64,000 nucleotides of DNA from an uncultured delta proteobacterium (GTDB lineage: Bacteria; Desulfobacterota; BSN033; UBA1163). The position numbers and the translations under genes are program-made. Shown one piece after another: positions 61,086 to 64,000 of this stretch. The notes under the pieces were generated by a model. It was not told where the DNA came from, ran no database searches, and worked only from the letters and a program-made list of their open reading frames with translations. The stretch spans positions 73,644 to 137,643 of the forward strand of contig CAVQFR010000014.1 of assembly GCA_963711845.1 (NCBI GenBank). Reading direction: 5' to 3'. The stretch's first letter is position 1. Each line of letters opens with the position of its first letter.

Positions 61086-61142
61086 CCATTATTCCATTCT
61101 TCCATTCTTCCATATTCCATTACTCCATCATTTCATCATTCC
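61086..61142. repeat. tandem CCATT(C/A)TT-type octamer repeats
   Basis: ccattattccattcttccattcttccatattccattactccatcatttcatcattcc. Confidence 0.55.
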
Positions 61143-61147
61143 TGCTG

Positions 61148-61921
61148 TTAGATTCTCTTCTCCAATTCCTTGAGGATGGCACTCACTTCTTCCTTAATTT
61201 TTTCGTCAATGTCGTACGGAGATTTCCCTTCCCTATCCGATTGAAGAACCTTAGGATTAAAACTCATGTGGCCTAAAACCGGAAAATCGGAAAGGTTTTC
61301 CTCAATAATCCTTCTGTCTTCTTCTGAAGTCACTTTGTTTCCAACGATCATTATTTTCTTAATATGTAGATCTTCTCCCAGTTTCTTGATCTGCCTGGCT
61401 GTGTTGATGGCCCTCTGCCCTGGTTCCACGACGATGACGAGAGCATCCACATATCCTGTGCTTCCTCTTCCGAGGTGTTCCAAACCTGCCTCCATATCAA
61501 TGATCAGGACTTCCTCCCTCTGAACGAGAAGGTGACGAACCAGATTCTTCAGGAGGACATTCTCCGGGCAGAAGCAGCCCCCTCCTCCCTGGGGGATACA
61601 ACCCAAGAGAAGGAGTTTAACCCCTTGATAAACGACTCCCATGTCATCAGGAATATCATCCACTTTGGGATTAAGTTTGAACATCGTCCCATAGCTCCCT
61701 TTTTTGGCACCCGTTCGCTCTTCAATCATGGAAGTCATCGAGGCAATGGGCGAGAGTTTGGCGAGAGCTTCTTTGGGAAGGCCGATGGCCGAAGCTAGGT
61801 TTGAATCGGGGTCAGCATCAATGGCGAGGACCTTTCGGCCTTGATGCGCCAAAATCCTAGCCAGGACTCCCGCTAGCGTCGTCTTCCCAACTCCTCCCTT
61901 CCCCGAAATCGCGATTTTCAT
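61148..61921 (-). CDS. CooC/AcsF-type nickel-insertion ATPase (MinD/ParA superfamily)
   Basis: Deviant Walker A ISGKGGVGKTT and the CooC-characteristic CxC motif (GGGCFCPE). Confidence 0.7.
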   Translation of the reverse strand: MKIAISGKGGVGKTTLAGVLARILAHQGRKVLAIDADPDSNLASAIGLPKEALAKLSPIASMTSMIEERTGAKKGSYGTMFKLNPKVDDIPDDMGVVYQGVKLLLLGCIPQGGGGCFCPENVLLKNLVRHLLVQREEVLIIDMEAGLEHLGRGSTGYVDALVIVVEPGQRAINTARQIKKLGEDLHIKKIMIVGNKVTSEEDRRIIEENLSDFPVLGHMSFNPKVLQSDREGKSPYDIDEKIKEEVSAILKELEKRI

Positions 61922-62065
61922 TTTCTCCTCCGGTACTTATCATAATCAATAAATGATCAAATGTCTATTCTGGCGGAGGTTTCCCCCTTGCACCGCCTCC
62001 ATCTAAATACGATTTGACAAAGATAGGCTGATCATCAATAATGATACTTCTTAAAAAGAAAAACC

Positions 62066-63238
62066 ATGAAGCCCAATAAAAAGGCGTTGGCCATTCTCAG
62101 CGCTGCCCACCTGGTCACAGATATCAATCAAGGGGCTCTCCCTGCTCTTCTCCCTTTTTTCAAAGAGGCTTTGAACCTTTCCTACACGATGTCAGGGGTT
62201 ATTCTTCTGGCCGCGAATCTAACCTCTTCGATCATTCAGCCTGCATTTGGACATCTCTCGGACAGACGCCCCTTCGGATGGTTTCTCCCCTTGGCTCCTT
62301 TCATCGCCTGTCTTGGATTGGCGCTTACGGGTCTCGTTTCTAATTACTCTCTCCTCCTAGGTTGTGTCATTGTCACTGGCATCGGGGTTGCCAGTTTCCA
62401 TCCTGAAGGGTTCAAGACAGCGTATTTTTTCACTGGCGACAAAAAGGCAACAGGTATGTCATTTTTTGCAGTGGGCGGGAACTTTGGGATTGCCATCGGT
62501 CCAATTTTGGCACTTACGCTTGTGACCTCCTATGGTCCCAAGGGAACGTTAAGCTTGATCCTACCGGGAATTCTCATCGCCATCATCTTGTTCTTCAACA
62601 TGTCCACTCTCACCGCCCCTGTTCAAGCCGCTCACAGAGAGGCGAAGAAGGAGATCAAAGCGCCCCTCTCCAGAAATCAACTGACTTCATTCTCTCTTCT
62701 CGTCACCGTCGCCACGATTAGAGCATGGATCTCAGCCGGACTCGTCGCCTTCATCCCTTTCTATTACATCAATTATCTTAAAGGAAATCCTCTCTATGCC
62801 GGGAAACTCGTGACAACCTTCCTCATGGCAGGCGTTCTGGGGGCACTCCTCGGAGCTCCGCTGGCGGATCGATGGGGTCATAAAACATTCCTCTTAATCA
62901 CCTTGATCGTGTCATTCCCTCTCCTTCTTCTTTTCTATTATAGCAGTGGTCTCCTGGCTTTTATCTTTTTAGGGATGGCAGGGATGGTGTTGATCTCTTC
63001 ATTCGCCCTCACGACCGTGATGGGCCAGGCCCTCCTCCCTCAATATCTTGGAATGGCCTCGGGCATGATGGTCGGGTTCACCATCAGCGCAGGAGGAGTC
63101 GGGGTTACGCTCCTCGGAGCCATCGCAGATACGTGGGGGGTGCCGATGGCAATAAAAGCAGTCTTTGTGTTGCCTCTCATTGCAGCGGCTCTTACTTTGC
63201 TGGTAAAGTATCCTCTTGAGAAAAAAATAGGTGAGTGA
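62066..63238 (+). CDS. MFS transporter
   Basis: 390-aa 12-TM-type ORF with MFS-like loop motif (GHLSDRRPFG). Confidence 0.8.
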   Translation: MKPNKKALAILSAAHLVTDINQGALPALLPFFKEALNLSYTMSGVILLAANLTSSIIQPAFGHLSDRRPFGWFLPLAPFIACLGLALTGLVSNYSLLLGCVIVTGIGVASFHPEGFKTAYFFTGDKKATGMSFFAVGGNFGIAIGPILALTLVTSYGPKGTLSLILPGILIAIILFFNMSTLTAPVQAAHREAKKEIKAPLSRNQLTSFSLLVTVATIRAWISAGLVAFIPFYYINYLKGNPLYAGKLVTTFLMAGVLGALLGAPLADRWGHKTFLLITLIVSFPLLLLFYYSSGLLAFIFLGMAGMVLISSFALTTVMGQALLPQYLGMASGMMVGFTISAGGVGVTLLGAIADTWGVPMAIKAVFVLPLIAAALTLLVKYPLEKKIGE

Positions 63239-64000
63239 TGAGCACAATTCTCGTGACGGGTGGGGCAGGATTCATTGGCTCCCATCTTTGTGAACGTCTC
63301 CTAAGCGACCGGGTCAACGTGATTTGCCTCGACAACTTTGACAGCTTTTATGATCCCAATATAAAGATCAAAAACGTGGAGAGCGTGAAGAAGAAGTTTC
63401 CAGAGCTGTTTGAGCTGGTCACAGGAGATATTCGAAACCCTGATCACCTCAAGGGGGTTCTTCAAAAAAACCAAATTGACACCGTTGTTCACCTGGCTGC
63501 CAGGGCTGGGGTGAGGCCTTCCATCTCTGATCCCCTTCTTTACCAGGATGTAAATATCCGCGGGACGATCGTTCTTCTGGAAGCCTGTAAAGCGCATGGA
63601 ATCAAAAACTTCATCTTTGCTTCCTCCTCCTCGGTTTATGGAGAAAACCAAAGAGTTCCCTTTACGGAAGAGGATCTTGATATCCAACCCATCTCCCCTT
63701 ATGGAGCCACCAAACGGGCCGGAGAACTTCTCTGCTATTCTTATCATCATCTTTATGCGATGAATATCGCCTGTCTGAGAATCTTCACAGCCTATGGTCC
63801 AAGACAGAGGCCTGAGATGGCGATTCATAAATTCACCCGTCTGGTTGACCAAGGCGAGAAAATCCCGATTTATGGAGACGGCTCTTCCCGGAGGGATTAT
63901 ACCTATATCGATGATCTCGTTGACGGGATCCTTGCCGTTATCCATCACCATAAAGGGTTTGAGATTTATAATCTCGGGGAATCCCAGACCACCTCCTTAA
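63238..64000 (+). CDS. NAD-dependent epimerase/dehydratase (UDP-sugar epimerase family), 3'-truncated by window end
   Basis: ILVTGGAGFIGSHL Rossmann motif, catalytic YGATK (Y-x3-K); ATG at 63238 overlaps MFS stop. Confidence 0.85.
   Translation, partial: MSTILVTGGAGFIGSHLCERLLSDRVNVICLDNFDSFYDPNIKIKNVESVKKKFPELFELVTGDIRNPDHLKGVLQKNQIDTVVHLAARAGVRPSISDPLLYQDVNIRGTIVLLEACKAHGIKNFIFASSSSVYGENQRVPFTEEDLDIQPISPYGATKRAGELLCYSYHHLYAMNIACLRIFTAYGPRQRPEMAIHKFTRLVDQGEKIPIYGDGSSRRDYTYIDDLVDGILAVIHHHKGFEIYNLGESQTTSL

Noticed and set aside
60992-61120. N-terminal extension of the plsC ORF
   Set aside because: Entirely encoded by tandem octamer repeats; a start at MIRTIFVW gives a normal acyltransferase N-terminal TM helix
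61014-61142. Possible CRISPR array
   Set aside because: Repeat units are only 7-8 bp with no spacers and no cas genes; these are simple tandem repeats
63301-63951. 216-aa minus-strand ORF
   Set aside because: Antisense to the epimerase gene, which has a clear Rossmann and Y-x3-K signature

Overview
64-kb window of a ~50% GC bacterial chromosome; gene content (PEP synthase plus pyruvate phosphate dikinase, CooC-like and LarA-like nickel enzymes, di-heme peroxidase, two-subunit GlyRS, TrmFO) suggests an anaerobe, but the taxon cannot be determined from sequence alone. Coding is dense and mostly on the minus strand. Core content: ilvD; a branched-chain amino-acid ABC transporter (binding protein divergent from fused LivHM permease, LivG, LivF); pgsA followed by tRNA-Gly(GCC) and tRNA-Cys(GCA); a TetR-regulated RND efflux operon; trmFO; queH; divergent ppsA/ppdK; acyl-ACP thioesterase plus acyl-CoA synthetase; and a long minus-strand array CooC-like, plsC, ftsK, lolA, recO, glyQ, glyS. 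Accessory content: tRNA-Leu(UAA) with a decayed integrase remnant beside a catabolic cluster; two PIN-type toxin-antitoxin pairs flanking a lower-GC three-gene module of unknown function (the best candidate for an undescribed system); an AT-rich islet with two small ORFs next to the tRNA pair; and a patch of gene fragments downstream of ppdK. Three families of dispersed intergenic repeats and several short tandem repeats are present. Two apparent frameshifts sit at G/C runs and may be assembly errors. All calls are from reading the sequence and ORF translations; no database search was run.
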